Notes: generated by a model not told the origin, from the sequence alone. Numbered from the stretch's first letter, positions 30,110 through 39,685 are shown. The stretch: 64,000 nt of DNA from Candidatus Poribacteria bacterium (GCA_965222225.1 CBDCTK010000002.1:2496001-2560000), one strand, 5' to 3'. Made by a program: numbers and translations.

Positions 30110-32212
30110 ATGACGGAACCAACGGAAAAATTGGAGACTATCGAAATCTGCGATGTATGTGTCGCGGGTGGAAGTCCGGCGGGAATAACAGCCGCCGTAA
30201 GGGCGGCACGTGAAGGAGGGAAAGTCATCCTCGTCTCCGCCAATCGGCATCTCGGCGGTGTACTATCGAACGGCCTAAGTTGCTGGGACACCATGTATGA
30301 TGGGTATCGCGCGCCCATTCAGGAAGAGTGGTTGGAGAAGATGCGCACCCATTACCGAGAGACGTACGGTGAAGATTCGGAAAATTATCGGATTTCGCAA
30401 AGCGGGCCTTTCGGAGGGGGAAGGTTCAAGGGCGCTTACACTTGGGAGCCCCACATCGCCGAACGGATGTTCGAAGAATTGGTGGCCTCGGAAAGCGGGA
30501 TCCGGGTCGTTCGGGAGTATCTTCCGGACGCGGTGGAGCGCGCCGGCAGAGAAATAAGGTCAGTATTTTTCCGTTCCCTTGCCGGGGGAGACCCAATGCG
30601 CGTCAGCGCCCAGGTCTTTATCGACGCGACCTACGAATCCGATGTCGCCGCACTGGCAGGCGTGCCCTATCGGGTCGGTCGAGAAGCCCGCGGCGAATAC
30701 AACGAAATCTATGCTGGGAAAATTTGGGTCAAGCGCAGTGGGAACGAGGCCAATTTCTCCCACGGTAGCGACGAAGCCTTGCAATGGCCTAGGGCAGCGC
30801 GGCGCGGCGATCTCAATCTCCGCCCCTGGTGGGGAACCACCCAGGAGATTTTTTCCGAGAGCACAGGGGAAGGCGACCGTGCCGTGCAGGCCGCCAATTT
30901 TCGCGTCTGCCTAAGTTCCGACCCCGATAACCAGATCCCGGTTGAACCACCCGACGGGTATGACCGGCGGGAGTTCCTGCCGATCGTAGAAGGCGACCCT
31001 GAAGAGGGTGCGCTCTATCCGCATCGTATCAAGAGTGGCCTGTTGAACTATCCGCTCACGGCGTTTCCGGGCGTCATTCCGATACCGGGTTCAAAGTGCG
31101 ATTGGAATGCCGCCGCCATTCCCGGCGGTGTCGACGATTTTCCTGATGGCAACTGGGAGACACGTCAAGCGATCATTAAACGGCACCGCGATTTCGCCCT
31201 CGGTCTGCTCTTTTTTCTGCAACACGACGACGCCGTGCCCGAGAAGATTCGCGGGGAGGCATTGAGTTGGGCCCTCCCGGTGGACGAGTTCGCCGACAAC
31301 GGACATTTCCCACACGAGTTTTATCTGCGGGAAGGTAGGCGCATCATCGGCCGTTACGTCATGCGCGAGAGCGACGCCTGTATCGGCACCGCTCTCGACC
31401 GAGCGCCGGTGCACGCCGATGCGGTCGCTATCGCGGAATGGCTGATGGACTCTCACGACTGTACTCCGGAGCGCCTTCACGGCGCCGAGGGTGACGGGTT
31501 TACCAGCCTGTCCGAGTACACACGGCCCTCCCAGATTCCCTACCGTTCCTTCCTCCCAAACGACATTGATAATCTGATCATGGGTTTGGCGGTTTCCGCG
31601 ACGCACGTGGCATGGGGTACCGTCAGGGTGGAACCTTGCTGCATGCACATCGCGGAAACAGCGGGGCACGCTGCGGCTTTGGCCCTCGCATCGGGGGTTG
31701 CGCCGGGGGACATTGAGGTCGAGGCGCTGCAGCGGCGGCTCGTCGAAAACCGGGTCATGCTGACGTTTTTCAATGAATTCGACATGGCGACTGATGCGTC
31801 ATGGGTATCTGCCATCCAGTTCCTCGGAACCAAGGGTTTTTTCAGCTCTTTCAACGCCAAGCCCGACGACCCACTTACCAAAGCGGTGGGGGAAATCTGG
31901 GCACGAGCATTCGGCAGCCTGATGGATGGTTCACACGACGCAGCGAACTGCGCGCGGCAGGTCGCGGAGGCTGAAAAGGGCGAACAGATTACGATTACCG
32001 CAGATCGTTTTCGCGCCCTTCTGCAGAGGGAACTTGACTGCCGCGATACCGAATTTGCGGTCAATCTTTCGGCGGAATTGAGTGGGTACCGTAGGACCGG
32101 CTCGGATGGAATGGTCTTGACCCGGGCGGAGGCGAGCCTGCTGGTGTATCGCCTTCTTGCGATTAGCAGTGCCACTCAGAGCGAAGATCGGCTTCTTCAA
32201 GCTGACAGCTAG
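30110..32212 (+). CDS. FAD-dependent oxidoreductase (paralog of 27867-29783)
   Basis: Start MTEPTEK after GGAGAGG; VAGGSPAG, FIDATYE, YLREGRR, VRVEP. Confidence 0.88.
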   Translation: MTEPTEKLETIEICDVCVAGGSPAGITAAVRAAREGGKVILVSANRHLGGVLSNGLSCWDTMYDGYRAPIQEEWLEKMRTHYRETYGEDSENYRISQSGPFGGGRFKGAYTWEPHIAERMFEELVASESGIRVVREYLPDAVERAGREIRSVFFRSLAGGDPMRVSAQVFIDATYESDVAALAGVPYRVGREARGEYNEIYAGKIWVKRSGNEANFSHGSDEALQWPRAARRGDLNLRPWWGTTQEIFSESTGEGDRAVQAANFRVCLSSDPDNQIPVEPPDGYDRREFLPIVEGDPEEGALYPHRIKSGLLNYPLTAFPGVIPIPGSKCDWNAAAIPGGVDDFPDGNWETRQAIIKRHRDFALGLLFFLQHDDAVPEKIRGEALSWALPVDEFADNGHFPHEFYLREGRRIIGRYVMRESDACIGTALDRAPVHADAVAIAEWLMDSHDCTPERLHGAEGDGFTSLSEYTRPSQIPYRSFLPNDIDNLIMGLAVSATHVAWGTVRVEPCCMHIAETAGHAAALALASGVAPGDIEVEALQRRLVENRVMLTFFNEFDMATDASWVSAIQFLGTKGFFSSFNAKPDDPLTKAVGEIWARAFGSLMDGSHDAANCARQVAEAEKGEQITITADRFRALLQRELDCRDTEFAVNLSAELSGYRRTGSDGMVLTRAEASLLVYRLLAISSATQSEDRLLQADS

Positions 32213-32266
32213 AGATCTCTATCGCACTCACTATCCGTTCGCTTGATCGCTATTCACTCGCTTGAT
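32211..32266 (+). mobile_element. 37-nt micro-element plus 19-nt tail of a second unit
   Basis: AGAGATCTCTATCGCACTCACTATCCGTTCGCTTGAT + CGCTATTCACTCGCTTGAT. Confidence 0.8.
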
Positions 32267-32384
32267 CTATTAGACGGTGGTATGCGCAAACTAACAGTTT
32301 GCGCTACGAGGGCGTGTCAGATTTTATGGGAATTACAGGTGGTGGGTATGAGACTGCAAATACTATCAAGCACACAGAAGCTCA

Positions 32385-33293
32385 CTAACCATCTGTCGGT
32401 ATCCCGGGCCAGTCTCGCCACATGTTCTCGCAAGGCGGCTCATCCAGCTTGTCCTTGAGGTCCTTTCTCACCAAATCCCCTAAAGCAGCTTTGCGAATCT
32501 CGAGAGAATGGTTGGGCGGATTTCCCGCGTGTGCCAGTCTGTGATGAAAAAGAATAATGTCCCCTGCTTCCCCGGAGCATTCGGTGGCTGTTTGCTCCTT
32601 GAGCATATCATGGTGTTTTTCGTAAGTGTCAGTCTTGTCTCGTCCAAACTGTGTTAGATGCTGATAATAGAAGACGCGGTGGCTCTTCGGAAAGATGGTA
32701 AACCCGCCTCCGTTCGGGGGCACGTCATCTATAAATCCAACCACGCCCAAATGGAATTCATGACCGTCAGTATGGGGTTTGAGAGGTTCCACGGGGATAT
32801 CGCGCTGGGGAAAGCGGCAATAGATGCCACGGGTACGAGATGGCACCGCAAGACTTCCTTTGCCTAGCAACTGTTCAGCCATCCCCCAGATGGATGCATC
32901 CGTGAGAAGCATTCGCACCAAGAATTTTTCGGTGCCGAGTGTCCGATATCTCCAGCAAATGCCATCCACACCGGAATATTGATCGTTATGCGACGGTGGA
33001 TTGGGCAGCGCCCAACCGTCAAACAAATAGTCCGTCTCAGGCGATCTTGGGAGTTTTTTCCTGTCTTCAGGCGTTTGAATCGGGCCGCGCCATGTGTTCG
33101 GGTCGTTTCGGTCAATGCCGGGCGGCGGTTTGTCCCACAGTCTTTCGCGTGCCTGCGCCATCAGATTCTCGTCCATGACCTTGCGTTTGATAACATAACC
33201 TTCATCTCTAAAGAATCGGATTTCATCGGGCGTGAGTTTTACCATAGCGTCGTTGTATTCCATCCTTTCTCTCAAAATGTGTAAATAGGTCAT
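32385..33293 (-). CDS. Phytanoyl-CoA dioxygenase (PhyH) family protein
   Basis: FFRDEGY, HTD, GGFTIFPKSH, AGDIILFH..LAH. Confidence 0.85.
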   Translation of the reverse strand: MTYLHILRERMEYNDAMVKLTPDEIRFFRDEGYVIKRKVMDENLMAQARERLWDKPPPGIDRNDPNTWRGPIQTPEDRKKLPRSPETDYLFDGWALPNPPSHNDQYSGVDGICWRYRTLGTEKFLVRMLLTDASIWGMAEQLLGKGSLAVPSRTRGIYCRFPQRDIPVEPLKPHTDGHEFHLGVVGFIDDVPPNGGGFTIFPKSHRVFYYQHLTQFGRDKTDTYEKHHDMLKEQTATECSGEAGDIILFHHRLAHAGNPPNHSLEIRKAALGDLVRKDLKDKLDEPPCENMWRDWPGIPTDG

Positions 33294-33392
33294 TTCGCCG
33301 GAAATTGGCCTTACACTTTTCTTGCGGCAAATACTCACGTTGTAGGTGATGCGCATGAGACCGCACATGCTATCAAGCACACGGCGTGCTCA

Positions 33393-34301
33393 TTATCCAT
33401 CTGTCGGTATCCCGGGCCAGTCTCGCCACATGTTCTCGCAAGGCGGCTCATCCAGCTTTTCCTTGAGTTCCTTTTTCACCAGATCCCCGATTATAGCTTT
33501 ACGAATTTCGCTAGACCAGTTAGGCGGGTTTCCCGCGTGTGCCAGTCTGTGATGAAAAAAAATGATGTCCCCTGCCTCCCCGCAGCATTCGGTGGCTGTT
33601 TGCTCCTTGAGCAAATCATAGTGTTTTTCGTAAGTATCAGCTTTGTCACGCCCATATTGCGTTAGATGATCATAATAGAAGACACGGTGGCTCTTGGGCC
33701 AGATGGTAAATCCACCACCGTTTGGGGGCACGTCATCTATAAAACCAAGTACACCTAAATGGAATTCATGACCATCAGTATGGGGTTTGAGAGGCTCCAC
33801 GGGAATGTCACGCTGGGGAATTCGACAATAGATACCACGGGTACGAGTTGGCACCGCAAGACATCCTTTGCCCAGCATCTGCTCAGCCATTCCCCAGATA
33901 GACGAATCCGTGAGAATCAACCGCACCAAGAAGTTTTCAGTGCCAAGTGTCCGATATTTCCAAGAAGTACCATCCACGGTGGAATATTCATCGTTATGTG
34001 ACGGTGGATTGGGCAGCGCCCAACCGTCAAATGAATAGTCCGTCTCAGGCGATCTTGGGAGTTTTTTCTTGTCTTTGGGCGCTTGAATCGGGCCGCGCCA
34101 CGTGTTCGGGTCGTTTCGGTCAATTCCGGGCGGCGGTTTATCCCACAGTCTTTCGCGTGCCTGCGCCATCAAATTCTCGTCCATGACCTTGTGTTTGATA
34201 ACATAGCCTTCATCTCTAAAGAATCGAATTTCATCGGGATTGAGTTTTACCATAACTTCGGTGTATTCCGTCCTTTCTTTCAAAGTGTGGAGACGATTCA
34301 A
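33393..34301 (-). CDS. PhyH family protein, tandem duplicate of 32385-33293
   Basis: Same length (909 nt), highly similar sequence, offset 1008 bp. Confidence 0.85.
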   Translation of the reverse strand: MNRLHTLKERTEYTEVMVKLNPDEIRFFRDEGYVIKHKVMDENLMAQARERLWDKPPPGIDRNDPNTWRGPIQAPKDKKKLPRSPETDYSFDGWALPNPPSHNDEYSTVDGTSWKYRTLGTENFLVRLILTDSSIWGMAEQMLGKGCLAVPTRTRGIYCRIPQRDIPVEPLKPHTDGHEFHLGVLGFIDDVPPNGGGFTIWPKSHRVFYYDHLTQYGRDKADTYEKHYDLLKEQTATECCGEAGDIIFFHHRLAHAGNPPNWSSEIRKAIIGDLVKKELKEKLDEPPCENMWRDWPGIPTDG

Positions 34302-34436
34302 TTCGCCGGAAAATTGGCTTATACTTTTCAGGTAACTGTTTAGTCCATCGGTCTGGATTTGTCAATCCAGACCGAGCGGGCAGGGAACGCGCCGAGTAGA
34401 GTAGCACAACGCTAATCCCGACGAATCATGAGCTTA

Positions 34437-34702
34437 TACCATTTCTCTAGAATGTAGGCGCATTGATTACATGGATCCAGTAAAGATACTTGCGTGGAGC
34501 GGAATAATAAGACTTGTCTCCGCGCAAAGTCGGCGGGGCAAAGGGATCTCTATCGATCAACTGAGCGGATAGCGAAGGCGATAGCAAATCCTGCTCATTA
34601 TTCATTCGCTTGATCGCTATTTGCTCTCTTGATCCCCGCCTACGGAGAAAGTGAACGATAAAATTCAGACGTCATATGCACCATTATTCTAGCGAAATGG
34701 TA
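34437..34702. mobile_element. MITE (TACCATTTC family) carrying a 92-nt compound micro-element at 34542-34633
   Basis: Reverse-complement homolog of 1823-2000; length 266 = 178 + 92 - 4. Confidence 0.85.
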
Positions 34703-34710
34703 TTACTAAT

Positions 34711-35556
34711 CTACTCCAAGAAAATCCCGTGTTCTTCGAGCCAGACTTTCAGCGGTACATCCTTATCTTTCCCTGAAAAATGACCGCCCGCTCTCGTCGC
34801 CCTGCCCAGCAGTTGTCGACGGATTGGGTCACATTTGTTGAAAATCTCTGGTGGAATTGTGATGTTATCCATAGAACGCAGCCACCGATAAGCGTATCCA
34901 ATGAAGAGCCCTTTCCGCGTAATCTCCGACTCGTTGCTGTTACGGCAATGCCAGAGCCGCCCATCAAAGAAGACCGCATCGCCGGGTTTGCAACAGACAG
35001 CCATCGCACCTTCGGGAAGGGAGCCGTCGCCGGGATTATCGATCGTCTTACAGAGGTGGCTACCGGGAATAATATAGAAATTGCCCCGCCCCGGTTCCGA
35101 GCAATCAGACAGCCAGTAGACAATTTTAAATGCCAATCGCGGCGAGGGATGGATTTGCATGTCTATGTTGACGCGCCCGCTGTCCTGATGCCAGCGAAGC
35201 AGCCCGGATTCGTCGAGCTCCGCCGGACTCCCTGGCGGCGTCACGATTAAGTGGGAGTGATACGAGTAGACGTTCCATCCGAGAATTCCCCAAACTTTCG
35301 GGAAGGTCCTGTACCAATCCAACAGGTTGACAAAGAGCTCGTCCCTGCCGAGGAAATCGCGATAGAAAAAATTCGTGTGCCGCGCCGTCGGGCCTTTTTC
35401 ATCCAGATGTTCTTGATGAATTTTATCGACGGGAGCTTCGAGTTCCGTCACAAGACTATGCGGAAGCGCGTTCTCAACGATGAGATAACCTTGTTCATTG
35501 AACTGTTGAAGCTGTTCGTCGGTTATCAAATGCTGAAGGTGGCGGTTATCAAGCAT
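34711..35556 (-). CDS. PhyH family dioxygenase
   Basis: FNEQGYL, WHQD, IIPGSH, GDAVFFDGRLWH. Confidence 0.9.
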   Translation of the reverse strand: MLDNRHLQHLITDEQLQQFNEQGYLIVENALPHSLVTELEAPVDKIHQEHLDEKGPTARHTNFFYRDFLGRDELFVNLLDWYRTFPKVWGILGWNVYSYHSHLIVTPPGSPAELDESGLLRWHQDSGRVNIDMQIHPSPRLAFKIVYWLSDCSEPGRGNFYIIPGSHLCKTIDNPGDGSLPEGAMAVCCKPGDAVFFDGRLWHCRNSNESEITRKGLFIGYAYRWLRSMDNITIPPEIFNKCDPIRRQLLGRATRAGGHFSGKDKDVPLKVWLEEHGIFLE

Positions 35557-35893
35557 TCTGCTCCTCTTTAATCTGATAGCGATCTTTCAGTAAATCCGAA
35601 AATCTGTAGAATCGGACATTTCAACGATGGCCCGTTTCTGCTTCCCTTCGCTTGGCGAAAAATTGCAAAAAGGGTGAGTAAGTGAAAGGGGGCTCCGGTG
35701 AGTCGGTATTTACTCCCTTTCTCTCGATATGGAATCGGGGGGATTAACCAACGGGCGAACGGCGATGGGCGGTGTGGTTTTTACTATTTAAAAGATAACC
35801 CGGAGTTCCACAGCCCCATTGAAAAGTGTCTATCAATTTAGGCGAGAAAGCTGGTTTACCAGCGTATTCACATTTGAGTGCGATATTGTCGAA

Positions 35894-37060
35894 TTAATCC
35901 CAAAACGGCACAAGCCACTCTTCCTCAATCTCTAATCCGAAGCCGGGACCATCATTCGGCGTAATGTAACTATCTTCAGGAATGGATTCACCTTCAATTG
36001 ATTTTGCTTCTTCCATAGGCACACCCGGGGCAGATGGGAGGAAGTATTCTACCCAGGGTGTATTGGGCATTGCCGCCGAGAGATGGAGTCCATATTGGTT
36101 TCCGCCGCCGCCGTGAAAGATGACGGTGAGTCCGGCAGCATCTGCCATGTGACAAATTTTGACGCATTCCGTGATGCCCCCGACCCAGAAAATATCCGGC
36201 TGAATGATATCCAGACACCCTTTCTCGATTATCTGTTTGAAAGGCCAACGGGTATATAGGTGCTCCCCTCCAGCGAGAGAAACCCAGTTCACAGCGTTGC
36301 GAACCCTGACGTGTCCATTGATATCTTCGGGGATTAGAAATTCCTCAATCCACTTCAGTCGATACGGTTTGAGTCGCTGTGCCAAGCGGATTGTGTAATC
36401 GACGTCAAAAGCCATGTAGCAATCCAACATAATCTCGACATCGTCGCCGACCAACTCCCGTGTTTTAGCAACAAGCTTTTCATTCTCCTTCAGCCCCCAA
36501 AGCCCATCCACAGGCCCATAAGGACACGCTAGCTTCACCGCTTTGAAACCGAGTTCGATCTGCCAATCTGTGTCGTTGCCTGTTGTGTATGCAAAGAGTT
36601 TGTCACGAACAGGGCCGCCCAATAGCTCATAGACTGGTTGGTTCTTGATTTTGCCGATGAGATCCCACAAGGCGAGGTCAACGCCGCTCATCGCACAACT
36701 GGTTAGGCCGAGTGAGCCGTAGGGCTTCGACAATCGGAACATCATATCCCAGATCCTTTCAACTGCAAAACAGTCTTCACTCACCAGCATCCGGGCAAAG
36801 TGGTCATCAATAATCGCAGCCACAGGTCTGCCGTACGAAGTTTGGCCAAGTCCCCAGGTGCCATCCTCGGCTGTGACTTTCACGAAGAGGTTTTCCCATT
36901 TCGGCATCCAACTGGAGCGGTAACGTTTGTACCTGGGATATTTGGACATCGGGTTGGCAACCTCAGAATATTCTGTCCAGGATGGACGCCGCTGGGGTGT
37001 GCGTTTCCCTGTTCGGGGAGGCATATTCAACTTAACAGCTTTTATCTCTTTAATTTTCAT
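35894..37060 (-). CDS. rhmD: L-rhamnonate dehydratase-like enolase-superfamily enzyme
   Basis: VANPMSKY, SGVDLALWDL, MLDCYM, WIEE, GEH, QPD..WVGG. Confidence 0.75.
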   Translation of the reverse strand: MKIKEIKAVKLNMPPRTGKRTPQRRPSWTEYSEVANPMSKYPRYKRYRSSWMPKWENLFVKVTAEDGTWGLGQTSYGRPVAAIIDDHFARMLVSEDCFAVERIWDMMFRLSKPYGSLGLTSCAMSGVDLALWDLIGKIKNQPVYELLGGPVRDKLFAYTTGNDTDWQIELGFKAVKLACPYGPVDGLWGLKENEKLVAKTRELVGDDVEIMLDCYMAFDVDYTIRLAQRLKPYRLKWIEEFLIPEDINGHVRVRNAVNWVSLAGGEHLYTRWPFKQIIEKGCLDIIQPDIFWVGGITECVKICHMADAAGLTVIFHGGGGNQYGLHLSAAMPNTPWVEYFLPSAPGVPMEEAKSIEGESIPEDSYITPNDGPGFGLEIEEEWLVPFWD

Positions 37061-37099
37061 CGTAAGTGTTTAGTCGCCTGTAATTAGTGGTTATTAAAA

Positions 37100-37640
37100 C
37101 CCGCGCAGCACACGAACCGGCAGTGAATCGCCGAACTATAGCAAGACGTACAATGAATTGCACTACAACGAACCTCAAAGGAATGATGATTACCCTGCAT
37201 TCGCCCTAGGTTCTGTTGACATTTCATCGCAACCAGATAGTCGAAGGGTGTGAACCACGCATGGTCCTCCGTAGGGGTTGGGTTTCCCAACCCTTTGGTC
37301 ACACATCGGAGACCATTGCGGACTTCTGTAGGTCGATTTTCATGAAGATTAAGTATTTAAATCGGTAATTCCAGTTTTCCCTAAACTCGGTAGGTGCGGT
37401 TTCCTAACCGCACCGAGCATCGTTAGGACATTACCGAATTATTCTTTTAAGCTTCATCCAAATCGACATTAGAGTGTCGAGATCTGAATCTCGACCTACA
37501 ATCTGACCAGACTCATATGGTTTCGTTCTTCCAACCCACGTTGGGCAACGGGCGAGGGGGGATCACTATCGATCAACCGACTGGATAAGGAGGACGATAG
37601 AGAATCCTATTCGCTATTCGCTCACTTGATCCTCGGCCCT
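37100..37640. repeat. Dense cluster of diverse GTAG/CTAC REP-like hairpins, the last carrying a 73-nt self-nested micro-element (37558-37630)
   Basis: GTAGGGGTTGGGTTTCCCAACCC, GTAGGTGCGGTTTCCTAACCGCACC, GTCGAGATCTGAATCTCGACCTAC, GGGCGAGG[insert]CCTCGGCCCTAC. Confidence 0.8.
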
Positions 37641-37870
37641 ACGATTGGACACACACTTCACATAAATGTCAACAGAACCTAGAATCAATAGACGAGGATT
37701 TACGCAAAAAGTGAACAAGGATGATTTTGGCAGTAATTTCATGTTGCGAGGCTCATGTAGGGAATAACGATTGTTATTCCCTACGGCCGCTTTGAGCAAT
37801 CTTCAATTATCAAACCGAAGATGGAATCCTCCAACTGCGTGCGTCCTATAGACTAAACAGTTACCATATT

Positions 37871-37907
37871 GAAGATCTCTATCGCACTCACTATCCGTTC
37901 GCTTGAT
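37871..37907 (+). mobile_element. 37-nt micro-element
   Basis: Last 34 nt identical to 32214-32247. Confidence 0.85.
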
Positions 37908-38036
37908 CGTAGCAAGAGGGGAAATCGGGGATTTGATGATCTCCGATTGCACCCTACGAAAAATGGTGGGCAGTGCCCACCCTACAGGATTGTGCAAGAA
38001 AGAAACCGAGTTTTCAAGAAAGAAGAGATTTTTATC

Positions 38037-38073
38037 AGAACCTTCTATCGCGCTCGTTGTCTACTCGCTTGAT
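38037..38073 (+). mobile_element. Degenerate 37-nt micro-element before a CCCTAC REP arm
   Basis: AGAACCTTCTATCGCGCTCGTTGTCTACTCGCTTGAT. Confidence 0.65.
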
Positions 38074-38690
38074 CCCTACAAATGTACAAAGCCGATCTGA
38101 TTATCTCCCTGAGTCGAATAACTGGCCTAGCTGCCACGAGTCTCGTAAGTCAATTGATGGGTGGGTCGCGATTGTATTTATCATACCATAGTCGTGCACA
38201 ACCTTCCAAGTCGTGTATATCAACCTGAGGTCAGCCCTTATTTTGCCCGAAATTCGTGGTGGCGTCAAGTGGAAGATGTGGTTTTGTAGGACTCCTGCAA
38301 TGTCGATTTTGGCTGTCAGCTACTCGATTGCCATATTCCCGTTGGATACGCTAAGGACAGGACTTTTCGGCGATAGAGTTATAGCTCTACGGGAAATGCC
38401 AGCGGGACGGAAAACACGAGATTGCTGTTGTTCCAAAAGTGAAAAACGGGTAAAATAGCTCACGGATATGGGGATGGTTCATATTTCGCCTGAATTTAGT
38501 ACAATTTTCAAAACCGCTAAAAATCACTAAAAATCAGACGGTTGTCTCAAATGGGACAGGTGAGTGGTAGAGTGGTGAGTGGTTGTGCCAGTTCCCACCA
38601 CTCACCATTCACCACTCACAGCAACGGCATTGAGGTGTTGCGAATTTCAGAATTTCAATCGACCGCGCATGTCCGCTTCGTTTTTCTATC

Positions 38691-39539
38691 ATGAACCGAT
38701 TATCACCCGAAGAAATCAGCTTCTTTAAACGCGAGGGATGCCTCATCAAAAAAGGCGTGCTCGATCCCGACCTGATGGCGCGCGCCCGCAAGTGCAAATG
38801 GGCTGGAGCGCCGGATCGGATGAAGCCTGACGACCCGACTACCTGGATCGGCCCCTGGCGCCCAGATGAGGAAACACCCGAAGCGGAGGACAACTGCAGG
38901 GTCGGGCACTACTGGCAATACCGCGAACCGGCGCACGAGGAGTGGCTAGTACGGATGACGGTGGCGAACCCCATAATCGTTGGTTGGGCTGAACAGCTTC
39001 TCGGGGAAGGCACGTTCGACGTGCGGGACGGCGTTCGCGGCATCTACTGCCTGTTGCCGAAGGGTGGCACTCCGGACAACCCTGGTGTGAGCCAGAAGCT
39101 AGTTTGCCACTGCGACGTCAATCCCGACAAGTTACACAAGACACCCTTCCAAAGGCTTCTGAAGGCCGGTGTCGGCGCCGTCGGACTGATTGCGCCCATT
39201 CCGCCCAATGGGGGAGCATTTACGGTGTGGCCGGGAACACATAAGATTATTTACGACCTGATGATCAGAACCGAAGGCCTCGCCCGCAACGAGGCCTACA
39301 AGCAGCGGATCATCGACTTCAACAGCGACCGCCATGTCGATGGTTGGGGTGACGCGGGCGACGTTCTCCTGTGGCACCGCATGCTGGCTCACACCGCCGG
39401 TTCGAACCGCTCCGAAAAATTGCAATTGAGGGAAGCGGTGCTCTTCGATTACCCGCAGCCGGAGGCCGAGAAGCCGAAGGCATCCTACGAAGACATGTGG
39501 GAGGACTGGTCGGATGAGGTGCGCGCGACAGCCGGGTGA
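38691..39539 (+). CDS. PhyH family dioxygenase
   Basis: FFKREG, HCD, GAFTVWPGTH, AGDVLLWH..LAH. Confidence 0.85.
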   Translation: MNRLSPEEISFFKREGCLIKKGVLDPDLMARARKCKWAGAPDRMKPDDPTTWIGPWRPDEETPEAEDNCRVGHYWQYREPAHEEWLVRMTVANPIIVGWAEQLLGEGTFDVRDGVRGIYCLLPKGGTPDNPGVSQKLVCHCDVNPDKLHKTPFQRLLKAGVGAVGLIAPIPPNGGAFTVWPGTHKIIYDLMIRTEGLARNEAYKQRIIDFNSDRHVDGWGDAGDVLLWHRMLAHTAGSNRSEKLQLREAVLFDYPQPEAEKPKASYEDMWEDWSDEVRATAG

Positions 39540-39685
39540 CCGGAGAAAAGAGGAGCGAGTCTTTCGGTTAACTTTGCCATGCCTTGCCAATATCTGCCAA
39601 GATGTCCATCTTCATTGAAGGCATCCGGTGGTAAGGGCGATCCTTCGTCGCTTGTAAGGGCCGTGCAACTCTGAAGATAAGACAT

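Noticed and set aside
32385-34301. PhyH duplicates as a DGR template/variable pair
   Set aside because: Differences are spread over the whole gene, not adenine-specific, and there is no reverse transcriptase in the window.
5549-38073. The 37-nt repeat as a CRISPR repeat
   Set aside because: Copies are dispersed, divergent and nested; no regular spacers, no leader and no cas genes in the window.
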